A DNA stretch of 64,000 nt from contig CAVZJB010000004.1 in assembly GCA_963775425.1 (NCBI GenBank), forward strand, positions 96,001-160,000, given 5' to 3'. This DNA is from an uncultured delta proteobacterium. Its GTDB lineage: Bacteria > Myxococcota > UBA727 > VGSZ01. A program made the position numbers and the translations under genes. Below are positions 63,622-64,000 of the stretch, piece after piece (position 1 is the stretch's first letter; each line of letters opens with the position of its first letter). A model generated the notes under the pieces. It worked only from the letters and a program-made list of their open reading frames with translations, did no database searches and had not been told where the DNA came from.

Positions 63622-63903
63622 TCACCCCTCGCCCTTGGCGGCGGCGGCCTTCTTGGCGGGGCGCTTGTTGCCGCCCGCGCGGTGGCGGGCGCCGAACAGC
63701 GGCGCCTCGCCGGTGTGCACCTCGACGTCGACGAGGTGCTGGACCTTCACGATCATCCCGCGGATGGCGGGCGTGTCGCGCAGGGTCACGGTGTGGCCGA
63801 TGCGGCGCAGGCCGAGGCCCTGGAGGATGAGGCGCTGCGCGCGCGGCTTGTGCGACAGGCCGCGGCGTTGCGTCACGAGGATCTGGGTCTTCTGCTCAGG
63901 CAT
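63622..63903 (-). CDS. rpmD: 50S ribosomal protein L30 with basic C-terminal extension
   Basis: [13 protein letters not shown]...[16 protein letters not shown]. Confidence 0.93.
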   Translation of the reverse strand: MPEQKTQILVTQRRGLSHKPRAQRLILQGLGLRRIGHTVTLRDTPAIRGMIVKVQHLVDVEVHTGEAPLFGARHRAGGNKRPAKKAAAAKGEG

Positions 63904-63913
63904 CGGGTGCTCC

Positions 63914-64000
63914 TCACGCCTCGGCGGCGGTGGCCGCCGGGTCCATGCCGCGGCGCTTGGCGTGCTCGTCCGCCGAGCGCAGCCGCTTGAGGCCGGCCAC
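63914..64000 (-). CDS. rpsE: 30S ribosomal protein S5, C-terminal end (truncated by window)
   Basis: [18 protein letters not shown]...*; canonical position upstream of rpmD. Confidence 0.8.
   Translation of the reverse strand: MAGLKRLRSADEHAKRRGMDPAATAAEA

Overview
Very GC-rich bacterial DNA. Gene content and order (ribF-aroE-pilBTC-pilSR, PilS/PilR, myxobacterial-type Ser/Thr kinase, MYXO-CTERM-like sorting tail, T3SS export gate) point to a Myxococcota/deltaproteobacterial genome; this assignment is inference. Layout: (1) 1-505, C-terminal end of a type III secretion export-gate gene (SctV/FlhA family). (2) ~0.5-17.9 kb, a Wzm/Wzt-dependent surface-glycan locus with fcl, gmd, a gmd-like SDR, a perosamine-type aminotransferase, several methyltransferases and glycosyltransferases and a WecA/MraY-family enzyme; two of its genes are split by single-base insertions. 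(3) 17.9-27.9 kb, type IVa pilus cluster pilB-pilT-pilC-pilS-pilR with no pilA after pilR, preceded by an ATPase-less 'mini-PilB', aroE and ribF. (4) 28-55.8 kb, mixed accessory and housekeeping genes: ABC-F, HExxH protein plus lipoprotein, S8/FG-GAP surface protease, pseudokinases with an FHA protein, an OMP-HAD-PDZ/MFS cluster, rpsU, serB, acyl-CoA dehydrogenase, a (GE)n protein, a structured inverted-repeat element around a transposase stub, and a HabB-like protein. (5) 55.9-64 kb, the end of the spc/alpha ribosomal operon. It lacks map, infA and rpsD, carries an antisense Ser/Thr kinase insertion, and has TTCnnGAAGC repeat tracts. No tRNA, rRNA or CRISPR array was seen. Family calls come from motif recognition by eye, not database searches.
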